The translations under genes were made by a program, and so were the position numbers. The notes under the pieces were generated by a model that saw only the letters and a list, made by a program, of their open reading frames with translations, had not been told where the DNA came from and made no database searches. Below are positions 38,249 through 52,900 of a DNA stretch of 64,000 nucleotides, in pieces. Every line of letters begins with the position of its first letter. Positions within the stretch are counted from its first letter, which is position 1. This DNA comes from Bugula neritina. Taxonomy: Eukaryota > Animalia > Bryozoa. The stretch covers positions 372,001 through 436,000 of the forward strand of contig OZ037770.1 in NCBI GenBank assembly GCA_964035545.1, in the 5' to 3' direction.

Positions 38249-41200
38249 AACTTTCTATAGCAGTTGCTCTACTTTGCTGCATAATTAAGCCATAATTTCA
38301 GTATATATTTTCCTAGAATGTTGTTTAGAGACATAAAAAAACTGCCTATGCACAACATACTTTGCATCTGTTTAGTATCTCGTAATTAGATATAAAAAAA
38401 TCAAAGCCAATTATAAGGCAAAAGACCATAATACTGTACTATCATTGGATAGTTCTTCATCAATAAACAGGTAGTCGCCAGTGGTGGATATGAACCCCTC
38501 CTAGATGTTTCTCGTACTTCTTCCTCAAAAAACATTTTCATTAAGCCAAAAAGAAATAACAATACACCTTTTTAGTAGACACTTTTTAATTTCTGACTGA
38601 TATTTCACCTTATTTCCAATTATAATTAACTTTTAACCGGCACTTTTCTTTGTAGTAATTCCTACCCTTTAGACTGTGTACTTTGAAATGAGTCTGTTTT
38701 ACTCGTTACATAAAGTATAGTTGCACTGGCTACAGGTTGACACAAAAGCAAGCCTATCTTGATAAAATCATGCGCAAATGTAGAAACTACCGAGGAGTTT
38801 GTTCCTCATAATTAGAAATTGACAAATTATTTTTAATCCGTTTAAAAGCATCTGGTTAGGGAAGCATATGCCGTGTTCAATTTGTTATTCTAGCATTAAC
38901 AATAACAGAATGCAATAATTATAAGTTTATGAAAGTAATTTGTTTTCTTTCTAATTACAAATATAATATTTTAGTATATATTGTAAATTTATAAGGCTTG
39001 CATTAGGAATAACGCAGCTAAAACATCATTTTCCTTAAAGTCTTAAAAATATATAAGTATAACATAATACACTATGCCAATAAACTTATTAAAGTACCAA
39101 GCAAGCTTAGCTAGTTTAAGAAAAATTACACTAGGTAAATTCCCATTATTTATAGAATGCTTGCTGATATTAGCTTTTGATGTAATTAAAGTAAATTATT
39201 ATTTATCTTTCTAGCTAAGGATTTCTTGCCGTAAGTTTTGCTTTTATGCATGGAGAAATGTCGTAACAAACCAGTTAAATTTTTATAGCACATAAAAATG
39301 TAATCTATAAGTCGAAGATATTTAAACTTAGCCATTAACTCATTTTAATTAGCAATGTAGCCTAAATCTAATACAATACAAAATATATACCAGTATATAT
39401 AATATATTTTTACCATGCTGTTAATTACAGTATTTGTAAAACAAATTTTATGCTCATTAATTAAATGCAACAAATATTTATAAAATACTAATAATGTTGA
39501 ATAAATAAATTCAATAATTCTTTTTCTATTTAAATGGCTGCATAATTTCTTGCAAGGTTGTATAAAGGAGTTGTGGCCCACAACTTATTATGTGTTCAAT
39601 TGCCACATATGTCTTAGGAAGAAGAAAACTCCCCAAAAATTCTTGGTTTGAAAATTCTAGTATAATTAAAATCACTTAATATATGTCTTTGAAATGCATT
39701 TTGCCACTCTGCAAAATTGCAGGAACAAATATTGCATGAAGTAATAAATGATTTATGAAGTAATTAACAAACCAATGTAAAAACTGTTGTTGTATATAGA
39801 ACACAACATATTGATTTTCTTCAATCTCCACATCAAATCTATATATTCAATTATATCTAACCAATGCTAATAAACTAAACATGCATGCATACAAATATTT
39901 GCATCGTATGCAAGTAATATTAGCTAATTAGCAACTATAGCATTTTTTTCATTATCTTTATTGCTTGCATATGTCTAAGTATTATTAAAATAAGGTTTTT
40001 ATTTGCAACTTTGCACCACAAATTACATAAAATCTAAAAACTTGAGTTGTGACATGCATTAGGGCTACCTATACACAAATAGACCTTCATAAAACTCTCA
40101 ATGATTTTATTCAACTCATGTATGCAAAAGTTTTGCATTAAAACAATTCTTCTAAATCACCCTAGAGCAGGAAATTATTACAAAAACAGCTTCTCATATA
40201 TAATCTTTCTCCAGATTAATTTTTTTTCCTGTATTTAAACTAACTTAGCAAGTGAAGATTGTGATATCACTCAGGTAATCACATATATATTATTCATAGC
40301 TGTAATACTTTAGCAATGAATAGATCATGTTTAATTTCCACTCTACCTAGCAGTTTTTCAGAATTATAGAGCTATGTATATCGTGAAATTGGAATAGCCT
40401 AATAGTTTTACATGTGTTTATAGCTAGACAAATTAACTTAAAAAACTTACAATAATTAGATGATATTTGCATTCTTTTGAAGGTTATGGTGAAGCTACTG
40501 CAAAACTGGCCATTAGTTTAGCATAATATGCAATGCCACGCAAAAGCATGCCAAACAAGCAATGTTTATTTACCTTACCAGTGCAATTTTATCACCTTAA
40601 ACACAAAAGCAAGTATAAAATACACATCCATATTAGATTAACTGTCAAGTTAAAAAAAGACAACATATATTCATGAGCTGGTTCTGTTTGCACAAGTACA
40701 ATTTAGACCAGCTTATTATTTAGATTGCCACAAAAATATGACGTAAAATATGTCTTTAATCATTATTTTGATATTCACTGGTTGAAGATATTTTTTATAT
40801 CCTAATATGTAAATATTGTACATAAATCTTAAAAATTAACTAGGTGAATAAGGAAAACTGCTAATTTTATGAAACTGTTATGTTAATAAAGACAATGGCT
40901 ATCAACAAATCCCACCAGACCACAAACTAATTGTAAATACTAAAGCAATTATATAGTGCTATGTGTTGATCTAGCCTAGTCAATACACCACAAATATGTA
41001 TTATGACATACCACATTTTAAGTACTGGGTTACCATTTATTCTAATGGGTATTTGTTTAAACTGTTATATACAGCTTTTTGCACTACCAATATACAAGCC
41101 AGTTGTTATTCTGTCACTTTTTATCTACATCTCTTTTTAATGCCAGTTACTTGTTAGCTTCAGTACAAACAGCTAAACATTCTACTCTACAGCCAATCTT

Positions 41201-43359
41201 ACTGTTAACTCTTGTTTAACAATATTACAAGAATCTAAAAATTTGAGTGCGTTTTAAGTATAATATTCTATTATTATAACTTTTAAATGAAACAATAATA
41301 TGATAAATGCATTATAACTTTCTGAAAAGTTTTTTTGCAAAGTATATGTTTTTGGAAAATAGTTTTACAACATTTGCTAGGAGCGTTATATTTATTCCTA
41401 TCTAAAATAATTTTGTTTGAACTGCTATGTTTGTAATCATGTAATCAGAAGTAAAGCATCAGTAAAATGAGTATAAGTAGAAGCTTGACAGCTACATTAG
41501 GCATTGCTACATAGTACATAAATATATGGCCGTATTAAATACTTAGCTGCATTCACAGATAAATGCATGGCTTGGAATTACAATACCATGAATACATTAT
41601 TTATTTAGCTGGGTAACTATACAATTATGCCAAAGTGAAAAGCTTTTGGTTATTAATGCCTGAAATGTCTAACAATCTACTTGGGAGACCACCTTGTTGT
41701 TACAGAGTGAATGAGTTATTTGTTTGGCATTTGGATGATGGCACAAAGAAAGGCTATTTGGTTTGTTACTTGAGACTAGTAGCAAACTGCTACAGTCATA
41801 GCATCTTAGAAGATTTTGCATCACTTGCTAGAATTGTACATTATTTTAATGTAGCTATTGAAATTAATATCGCACTGAAAACACAGTATTGCAAAATCTT
41901 AAGCTGTACATAATTATATTATGCATCAAAAAGTACTTCTGCTATTCGACTATCCCAGGTTTATTTTAAACTAGCACTGCCAAAGTGCCTTGACTCTATT
42001 ACAGTGTTTACTAGCTAATTTTGTTCTTCTCAATAGTGAAATAGATCTATTGCAAGAAATTAATGACTAGATATAACAATAATGATTTTTAGGCAAGACT
42101 TTCGCATCTATATTGCTCATCTGCTAGCTTGAAATACCCCTCTCCTTGGACTAATCTCAGGCTTTTCATTGTTGTTTAAACAGTTTTTAAACTCCTATTT
42201 CAATAAATCATTACCAACACTGCCTGCATGTATTAATATTCATTAGTGCCATCAATGCACTGTGGAGACAGCACCTGATGTTCTGTATATTACATTATAG
42301 TACAGAGATACTAAATCCAAAACATCTAAAATAATTGATGCTTCTACCAGATTTTTAGCACACCTATAATATGTATTCCTGTAGTAAATATTAATAAGAT
42401 GTTTTAACTGATAGTTTTTATGCCATTATAATAGTTTGATACTATAACTACAACTTGAAACTCTTTAACCAGCACATTGGTTAGTAATATTGCTTCTTGA
42501 TATTTAATTGCTGGTTCACAAACTATCAATAATAGGGATGCATATCAAAACTTGACTGCATTCATAATATGATTTTAATGCTAGGTAATGACTAAGCATG
42601 TCTGGCTGATATGAGGTGACTATTTTGTACACTGTTTAACAACATCAGCTTTTTGGGTTCATTTAAAGCATCTGCAAATCTGTATTATACATAATTACTG
42701 TTAGGGCCAATTAATTAAATTGTTAACCCTGAAATGCTTTTTACACTGTAATACTAAGTAGTAAAAGATATGTATATATATATAAACTGATTGTAATTTA
42801 TACATAACATTGTACATTTAAAAAAAATCACAAAATACATAATTTATTAGCTAAATTTCAAGGCGTTTTGTAGGTAGTGGGTTAATGTCAATAAAGTAGA
42901 ATCCGGGAAGTTGAGTAGCTTTATTCAAGAGGAAGGCTCTCCAACAGTTCTACCAAAGCCTAAATAACATGTATAAAATAAAGGTTATATGCACAATTTT
43001 TTTTCCAAAACAGCCTGCAACTGTTTTGCTATTGCATATGCCCTATGCCATTCATCAAGTAGAACAATTTTAACCAGGATATCTAGAAAAGTTGACACAA
43101 GGGCTTTATAAACTATGTAACAGTAAAACTGTGAGTAGAAATTAATTGACACTAATGAATAATGCTTTAGGTGCTGGCAACAACCATAAAAGAAAAGTTA
43201 TATAACAAACAAATAGAAAAAGCACTAAACAAATCAACAGCATTATATACAATTGGGGCACATACATGAAAACAGCAGCTAGTGTCATTTTCTTAAGACA
43301 GCACTATTTTAGGTATAAATTTAAGAAGTATTAGAAAATGCAGAAATTTACTGCAATTG

Positions 43360-43752
43360 GTTCATTTTATTTAAGTTAGTACATACTGAAGATCTCAAGT
43401 TTTTGCTAATGAACATGAGTTTTGGCCCGAAACTAAAAAAATATCAATAAATACACCTAAATAATCAAGGCTCTTTTTAATTTTCTTTGATTTCCTATGC
43501 TTTTTTTCTAATTACAGCAACTTCTGACTGGGGATCGCCACGGTTAGTTTGTAACAGTAGGCAATCCAAATGAAATGAATAAATAGGAAAAAACATGAGA
43601 AATCATGCACAATTAAGAAGAATCTTGATTATTTAGGTGTATTTCTTGATGTCTCACTAATTTTAAGCAAAAAGCATTGTTCATTAGCAGCTAAAATGTA
43701 AAAATGGCTAAAAACTGCAGATTTCCAGTGTGTACTAAATTAAATAAAAGGA
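43360..43752. mobile_element. Degenerate MITE/foldback element with ~120-140-bp inverted arms
   Basis: AAATACACCTAAATAATCAAG (left) vs CTTGATTATTTAGGTGTATTT (right); TGCTAATGAACA vs TGTTCATTAGCA; TTTTATTTAAGTTAGTACA vs TGTACTAAATTAAATAAAA. Confidence 0.7.
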
Positions 43753-45821
43753 CTCAATCACCTTTGCAACATAATTCAATAATTGCATGGTCAAGCAGAA
43801 TAAACTACAATTAACAGCAACAACAGTGTAATAGTTGCGTAGAAAAGTTGTACTGCAAAAAACTAAAAGAATGCAAAATCTATAAATGTGTGCTACCAAG
43901 TAAATGCTGAACAGACATCATGAAATAGTGTACGAAATACAAACTATTAAACTTACCTGTTGATCTAATGCAGCCAAAACCTTAAGCTTAGAGTAGTGGA
44001 ATGGTGCTGTTCGATGTTGATATGCTACAAGTAGCTAAGATGACTCAAATTCTTGCCTTTAGGAGTAAGAGGCCTCAGCTCAGTTTCAACAAAACTTCCA
44101 ATAATCTCAACGGATGCGCTCAATTAGGAGCCACAACAAAGCACACCCATGTCATTTTAGTAAACTCTAAAAAATGAACGGAAATAAAACTGTTAGAGAG
44201 TAAACAGAGAAACATATAGTGATGGGGGAAAAACCTGTCAGCAAAGGTTATATACACTCATAGCCATAACACGAAGAAAAAGATAATGAATAACAACCTA
44301 TTCAAGATGACACAAGAAACCAAACAAATTTCTTTGACTAAAAAATATAATTAAATACTATATTACTTGGCAAAAAATATTTGTTTTGAACAACGTATTA
44401 TTGGGAAGAATTGCCAGTGTCTTAAATTTTGAGATTAAAATTTCTGCCTTATAGCGGAAATAGAGAGGCAATCAATAGTGTACAAAACATGTTTTCAGTC
44501 ATTGGCTGTTGACTAAATTGACAAAGTTAAAGAAAGCTTCCATATCATTATTTATTTTGTTCTCAAGTGTGTGGTTACAGTTTCATGAGTCAGAAATATA
44601 ATTATTTGAGATATGAAATCAAATGTAGTCAAAAGAGTGTCATACAATTTAAAATGTAGTAATAGAGCTTTGACAATAATTTCTTCTGCTAAGTAAAACA
44701 GGTACCATTATGTGCTACTTATCTTTTAGAGATGAACGTCAAGGATGTTGAAAACAAAATAGTTGTAAATTACAGCAAATACCTTTCTACTTACCTAACC
44801 AGAGAAAATAAGTTTTCAACCTTGCATGCACTCAGCTGGTTTTCAATGTTTGGATCAGTGACATCTTTATAACTGATAGCAGCATTATGTGATAGCTTTA
44901 GGAATTGTTACCTTAAATCTAAATTATATAGAACAAGAAGTGCAAAAATATGGCATTAGTACTCATTGCACAATACACACTTGCTAGAGTAGCTAATCTA
45001 GCATCACATTAATTTAAGAAAGACAAAATTTTATTACTGTTCACAAATGATGAATATTAAAATTTGAATAATTAGACAAATTAACAATGATATTGATGTT
45101 ACTTCAAACATTACTAATGGTAAACACCAAAATACTAATAGGAATAGTCATGTTAACATCAATTAGAAAAGTAAAGATAATTTGAAAATGAGACAGTTTA
45201 TAGGTCTAACTCTTATAGTTGACAAGCAATTACAGGGCAGTCATATTGATGTAGGCTACCCTCAAAATGTAGCACTTTAAAAATATTAAAAAGACAGCAC
45301 ATATAAGAACATAATCTTAAAAATAGGCATATGTGACACCTATATTTTGATTAACAAAGAAATCTTCTTTACTTTATTAATCTAGCTCATATAATGGTAT
45401 TCTGTCTTAGTATGTTATTTTAATACTTGAAATCTAATCAGCTACAGAAAAGTACTTCAATTCAAAGGCCTTCATAATTATTCTTTAGTTTGCTATTTAA
45501 ATAGACAGTAAGGTTGATGAATAAAATAAAAGTTAGTAAAGTAAAAACTAAATAAATTGAGAATAATATCTCCACTCTAAGGTTATAATCCTTATAAATC
45601 AACATTTTAATACTCCTGTTATCCTTAGGTATAGTTGTTAGCAATTTAACTATGAGCTCAAAGCCAAATGTCAGTATCAGCATCCCCATTACATTGACTA
45701 AGACTGACTTTATAACCCTCAAGCTGTGGCACTCAATTTCTATAAGTAGTAACTAATAACAAATATAAAATTATTTATTTGCTACTGATAGTGATAATAA
45801 TAATAATTAAAAATAATAATA

Positions 45822-48783
45822 TGATCCATTAAAATAGAACTAATAAAGCCAACGACGTTAATGGTATGTCTAACTAAACATGGCATGTCTCGTCTGGCAG
45901 TGGGTATGTGGAGGGCCAGGCAACCTACGGCCGTCAACCCGTTAATGGCACAACTAAAAGAAGATACTCAAGAGAAGACAACACAGTTGTCATGAAATGC
46001 TGCTTCAAAAGTACACCCAAATTGAGAGGTTATAGAAAAACAATGTATGAGCTCTGTAGACCCGGATCAAAGAATTATTTAAAAAGAATGTGCAAACGCT
46101 GGAAAACAGAGGAGAGTTTAACATCAGCGAATAGAGACTAGCAGATTAAGCAAGAACTATGAAGAAACACAAGCATTTTATGGAAGAAGAACTCCATAAG
46201 ATTGAAGAAGGAACCTTGCAAGAACTAGGCACATCAATTGGTAAAGAAGATAATGAAGAGCTAAATTTGCAAATAGAGGATGTTATAGCACAACATGAGA
46301 TAGCATATAAATCAGCCATGAGAATTTTAAGAGTACCTAGTTCAGAGGTAGAAAAAGTGTTAGTAGAAAAATTATAAATGAGCATAACAAACTATCTAAT
46401 GATCGACTAACACTAAGAGCCCTTAGGCACATTGAGAGGGTCAAATTACTACAGGCAGTAAAACAGATTAATGATGTGCTAAACTGTGTTGAGATTATTA
46501 ATACCATTGAGCTTAATAACACCACCATGGCTTGTGCGAAAAATAGTAACAGAACAAGTGTGTAACAAAAAGGAAAAAGAAAAACTGACAATGTACAAGT
46601 ATGGAAAATACGACTGCAGAAGAAATAAAAAGAAATTAGATCAGACTTAAGTAAAATAGCAGAGTGAAAAAGTAGAGCTTACAATGATTCATTGAGAAGA
46701 ATGGTTGAAGAAAAATATAGGATAAAGAACAAAGAGTGTGGTGTAGTGATTGAAAAACTGAAGCAAAACCTGAGAGCTGTAAGCCAGAAGATAAACAGAT
46801 ATACAGAATGAGTTGATCAATATAATCAGAACACAATGTTTACAATGATAAGCGCTTTTATCAAGAATTACGAGGAAATGAATACGTACATCTAAAGAGG
46901 CACCTGACAAGGAAATCAAAAGCATTCTGATAAAATATATGGGGTCAGCCAACTAAAAATAATACCAATGCAGAATGACTAAATAAAGTTAGCAACAAAT
47001 TGGAGCATATGTAAAGACAAGGAAATTAGATCTTAGAAACGATGCAAACAACTGGAATAGCAATTATTGTCATAAGGTTGATAAGAAAAAGCATGAAACC
47101 TGGAAAACACAACTGAAATACCTGGAAGAAAAGATAGGAGAAAAAAAGATCAAACTAAGAATTTTCCAAGGAGACTCTTTATCTCTATCCCTTTTCTCCA
47201 ACTACCGATTCGCATGACAGAAGCGGCTCAATGATGCAAATTTCGACGAGACAGAAAACAAACCATCTCCTATATGTGGATGACCTGAAGGTAAATAGGA
47301 AATCAAAGTGGGAACTGGAAGCTTTGGTAAACACTGCCGGGATCTTCACAAGGAATATAGAAATGAAATTTGGATTGAAAAATGTGCCACACTGGTTATG
47401 AGAAAGGGAAAGAAAATTAAGGACACAGGAATCAGTTTGCCTGATGAACAGGTAATCAAAGATCTGGGTGAGAAGCCGTATAAATATCTAGGAGTTCTTG
47501 AGATTGATGGAATACAAATATATGAAATGAAAAATAAGATCAAGGAGTACTACAAACAAATAAGAAAAGTTCTGGATTCAAAACTGAATGGTGAGAACAC
47601 AATCAAAGCAATAAACACATGGGCAGTAACAGCAGTGCATTACACAGCTAGAATACTTGACTGAACTGTTTCATGAGCTAAAAAATATAGACTGAAAGAC
47701 AAGGAAGCTAATGACAACAAACCGTGCACCCTATCCGAGAGCAGATGTAGGCAGGCTGTATTTTAGCAGAAGGGAAGGCGGTAGAAGAATGTTGTCAACT
47801 GAAAAATGCATAAAGATTGAAAACTGCAGCATGTCAGACTACATAAATATAACATAGACTGATAGAAACACCACACTGAATACCTTCCTAAAAGACAGAA
47901 CAGCGGTAGAACTAAATAATGATAAAGTGATAGAAAGAACTGATGAGTGTAAAGAAAAGCTTCACGTGGTCAATACATCAAAATGGTGGAAGACATGAAA
48001 GCATTTTCCTGGAACTGGTTGAAGTATGGTTGGCTGAAAAAGGAAACAGAAGGACTGCTGACAGCTGCGCAAAATCAACTATTCACTACTAGAAATTATA
48101 AAGTGGCTATGATGAGAGAACAGGGTAGCAAGAAGTGTGGAATGTGTAACGCAAGAGACAAAACTTCGATGCACGTATTGAGTGAGTTTGAGAAGGTAGC
48201 AGAAGGAGAATATAAGAAAAAACACAACCTTTTGGCATTGATAATTTCAATAGTAGTTGTGTGAACTTCGTGGGTTTCAGAAAAGTAAGAATTGGTACGG
48301 CCATCAAGCAGAATAAGTACTGGAAAATGATAATGTGAAAACCTTGTAAGATTTTAACATACACACTGACGTAGTCATCAAAGTTAGGAGACCCGATATA
48401 TTAGTAGTTGACAAGCATAATGCTGAAACAACGATAATTGATATCACAGTCCCTGTTAACTACAGAGTAAAAGAAAAAAATTCGAAAAGTTAGGAAAATA
48501 TCAGAATTTAGCACTAGAATAAACCCGCCTTTGGAAAACATCAAAAAAGTCATCCCGTTGTAACTGGAGCCTTTGGAGCTTTATACAAGATTGTAGACTG
48601 GCTGACACTACTTGGAGTAGCTGAAAACAGATGCTCATTAATTCAGCAGACACCCTTACTAGGATCAGGATAAGCTCACATCCTGAGGAAAGTTCTAGCC
48701 ATTTCAGCCTAGTATAACTAGGCTAATGGTAAAAGGTTACACCAGCTAAAAAACTACGGTCAATCAACAATAATAATAATAAT
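45822..48783 (+). mobile_element. Decayed non-LTR retrotransposon with restriction-like endonuclease (R4/Dong-like)
   Basis: Broken frames retain IFQGDSL (47161), YVDDLK (47273), EKCA, YKYLGV, SKLNGENTIKAINTWAV and LKKETEGLLTAAQNQ. They also retain a CxxC...H zinc-knuckle remnant and RRPDILVVDK...IIDITVP...KYQ (RLE, ~48385-48510). The element has a (TAA)n tail and a TAA-rich 5' flank; there are many stops and frameshifts and an internal RT deletion. Confidence 0.85.
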
Positions 48784-49829
48784 AGTGCAGTTGGTTCTAT
48801 TATTATATTAGCATATCGATTATGACTTTTCGATTGCCACCCTGATACTATGAGTAAAATGTACAAGCATACGTGAAAGTATAGATATGATCATAAGTAT
48901 AAAAATAGGTATAAGTATAAATATAAATATAGGTACAAGTATAAAACGAATGATTATATTATTAATAATATTAGTCAGTGATACCTATAACCGTAATGGT
49001 TTTTAGACTTACAGTTATCATTAACATTAGCTGAGTAATATGATTAGTTAAAATAATGGTATTCATTATTATATCATAGTTATAAGTTATAACTCTAGTC
49101 TCTAAAGAGCAACAGCAAGTGTAATTGGGATATTCATATTAAATTTCATATTCACATAGTGAAATGTTTATGTTATGAACTAATTTATTCCTTCAACATT
49201 TAACTATAAATATGATTAACACTCACTTTGACCAGCAGTATTACTAAAAGAAGCGTATTACAAATATAAGATAATAAAATTCTAGTAGTAGGACTAATAG
49301 TATTACTAGGTCCAGTATTATTCTTGTTATCTTATTCATCATTCATGAGTTATCAAATTTAAAATTACTACTTATTAGCATCAGCATATAAAAAGTAAGA
49401 TCATTAGGAATAATTATCATGAGGTATGATCTATGATTTGCATTATCCATATATAGTTTAATATCAATATGATATATTATTATTGCTGATAGTCTATGTT
49501 ATAGTTAAATTTATACTTATCTTTACAGTTACCTATAGTAGCACTTATTAGTTATTTGTGGTAGCCAAACTAATGTTTAATATTAATAAATTAAACTGAG
49601 TATCATAAAAGTGTTACTAAGAATTTTAATTATAATCGTAATGGTGATCATATTACTTTATTATAATTATTATATTTTATCATTAATGCTAAACTGAGTT
49701 AATGCATATACTTTGAGTTTTACTATTACTCATTATATTTACACTTATAGTAAAACTAAATATGTAAAAGTTATACTTATACTATTATTATTCGTATTTC
49801 ATTAGACTTACATCTAAGATCGCAGTCCT

Positions 49830-49980
49830 ATTACTACTACCACTGATACTAGTACTACAACTAGTACTAGTACTGCTACTAGTACTAGTACTACTACTAC
49901 TACTACTACTACTAATAGTACTGTTACTACTACTACTACTAGTACTACTACTAGGTCTACTACTGTACCAGTACAACTAC
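49830..49980. repeat. Imperfect (CTA)n / CTAGTA microsatellite
   Basis: Direct observation. Confidence 0.85.
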
Positions 49981-52900
49981 AAACTTTGAAAATAACTGCA
50001 AGAAAGGTATGACTTACTCTTTTTCTTAGTCTTACTGTGACTCTCAGTCGTAACGGTAATGTAAAATAAAATTGTGAACTGTAAAGTTAAACCCAAGGCT
50101 GAAATTTATTTAATTAAATTTAGACAATCTGAATCATTGGCTCAATCCTTGAGTTTGACTATTACTATTATTATTAGTGTTACGATTGTGATTATCATTG
50201 GCATTATGCCATTATGATTATCATTATGATTGTAATTGTGGTAATTCTAACATTAATTATAATCATAAATTAAAAGGTAATGATTAATGATAATTATTTT
50301 CATTTTGTAATCATAATGATAATCATAATGATGTAAATTTTGATGTAAAACCAAAATACTAAAACTAAAAGTAAAAGTTATAAAATTAAATGATAAAATA
50401 TTATAATGATAATTATTATATTTATTATATTATTATTGAATATATTATTTCATTAGAAAATAGGTTGCAGCTTAGCATGATTAAAATTCAGTAAAAAATA
50501 GTTTACCAACAGCAAACATGCATGCGTCTTGTCAACATTCAATTCGTAGTGTCATAGCGAAGCCAGATTACTGGTAGTACGACTACTAGAACTACTACTA
50601 CTAGTGATGGATTACAGATCCTTGGCGATTTTAGCTGTGAGTGACCTTCACCTCACATTCTCGTCATGTGCGCGGCATTAGACTAAGTAGAGGGTATGAA
50701 GCACTGAGCTGGAAAAGAAAGAATATATTTTAATTATAGGTAATACTAATAGTAATATAATTTATGGTAATATATAGGTAATATTATTGAGTTCATTGGT
50801 ATGGAGTATAGACCTATCACTGATAGTATCAGTATCAACTACCACTTACGTACTACTTCAACTTATAACTTACCTTCAACTCAAACTCAAACTGAAACTG
50901 CTTGGAATGAGTGAATCATTTGTCTTTGATCATATTGGCATTGTCATTGTGATTGTAATAACTATTAATAATATTTTTAGTTCAACATCAATGCCGAACA
51001 TATTGTAATAACTAATAAGATAATCATAAGGTTGATATATTTTGCTAATACTAATACTAATAGTTATAGTAATAGTTATAGTAATTCAGTGTCACTCTCA
51101 CTCTGGTGGAGTGAGACTCAGACTTAGAGTTAGAGACAGAGTGAGTCCGAGTAAGTCTGAGTGTTGGTAATAGTAATAGTCATATAAATTTAAATTATAT
51201 TTACTTATTTCTAGCAATCACAATGGCAATAGTTATAGTAACTTTCACTTACTCTTAAATCATTGAACCTGAACTAAAAGTAAAATTAAGCATTATCATT
51301 ATGATTATCATTATGATTATACCTATGATTTTATTATGTTTAAATTAAAAATCAATATCATGATAATATCATAGTGATAGACATATTATTGATAAATGAT
51401 AATATAAAAGTAATTTGATAAATTATACATTTATTTTGAATTAAGGTGATACTGATACTAGACCGGTACTGAAAGTGATAGTAATACTAATAGTAATAGT
51501 AATAGTCATATAAATTTAAGTTATATTTACTCATTACCGGCAATCACAATGGCAATAGTAACTTAAACTGTAACAGTAATGGTATGGGTATGTTTGAAAT
51601 TGTCACTATCAGTAGTGCTATGAATCAAAATATAATGCTATCATACCAATAATTTAAAATAATATTACAAAGCTTCAGTAGCAACTTTTACTTGTACCAG
51701 TTTGGAATTTTGAATTATACATATTCTTAGTTAAAGTCTTCAAGTTTATTGTCAAAATGAACTTGAAATTAAAGACTTAGTAGTAAAAATTAAACTAAGA
51801 CTGACTGTAAGTGACTAAGATTAAAAATAAGTAATTTTAAATATCGATTTAGTATTTTTCTTACTCTTTGTCTTAAAATTGACTTTTATTTTGCACCTAC
51901 TCCTGGTCAATGATTCTTTTTTCTATTTATATTACTATTGCTATTAGTATAATTGACTTAAATTTAATAATAGATATGATTATATCTTTATAAATGTGAT
52001 ATTTGATTTTATGAATAGTAATTCGAAAACTCTTTGGTATTATTTATTTTTGATCATTGTAGTTATTATCATTATATTTGTATAATAATTATGATTATCA
52101 AATTCAATATCGATATTTGTATTATGGTATGGATATCTGCCTCTATCCCATGTTCTGTTTTCCAGTGCCTTTTTACATTCACGTCTAGGTTCACATTGCG
52201 ATGGTCATACTGATAGCACTTGGGGACAGTGATGTTAGGATTATCGTTATTAGGATTTAGAATAATTTAATAAACAAGCAACTTAAAACAAATGTTTTTA
52301 CTAATATACATATTAATTACTAATATAAATATACTACTATGAATATTATAATTATTATACTTTACAATTCAAAGTAAGATAATCATAATACGAACTGGTA
52401 AAACTAAATATAAAGTAAATGTAATAATACTAATAGTAGTTATCCATTCCCCTTTGGTTTCACATACTAATAATTGGAAACCTCTGTCCTAATATTATTT
52501 CTATTAATATTGCTCAAAGTTTGATCCCTATTTAATTTTATAGTTCACTCACCAGCTACATAATTTTATTAAAATACATGTGGTATTGGTTATAGTACTA
52601 GTGAAACTTGAAGTTGAATAGCATGCTTATTACTCACTGCTCTTTGCTTACATTATTAGGGTTACTCTTTAGTCTTAGAGATACCCTAACATAAACTTGA
52701 AAGCTGGAGGTAGTACTAGTCTAGTGCTGTGTTAATCCTACACTGTTGACTTATCAACACTGTGACTATAATTATGACTCCTAAGTCAAAGTCATTTTCA
52801 TATAGTAGTAATCACTATGACAGACTGAAAGTCAGGAAGACTAAATATAATGGTAAAGTGTGTAAGAATAAATCATACTTAATCAATTACTTTTAGTTTT

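Noticed and set aside
38300-45800. Protein-coding genes from the short ORFs and scattered splice-like sites (e.g. 41635..41913, 43957-44166)
   Set aside because: No recognisable domains and no consistent spliced reading frame could be built.
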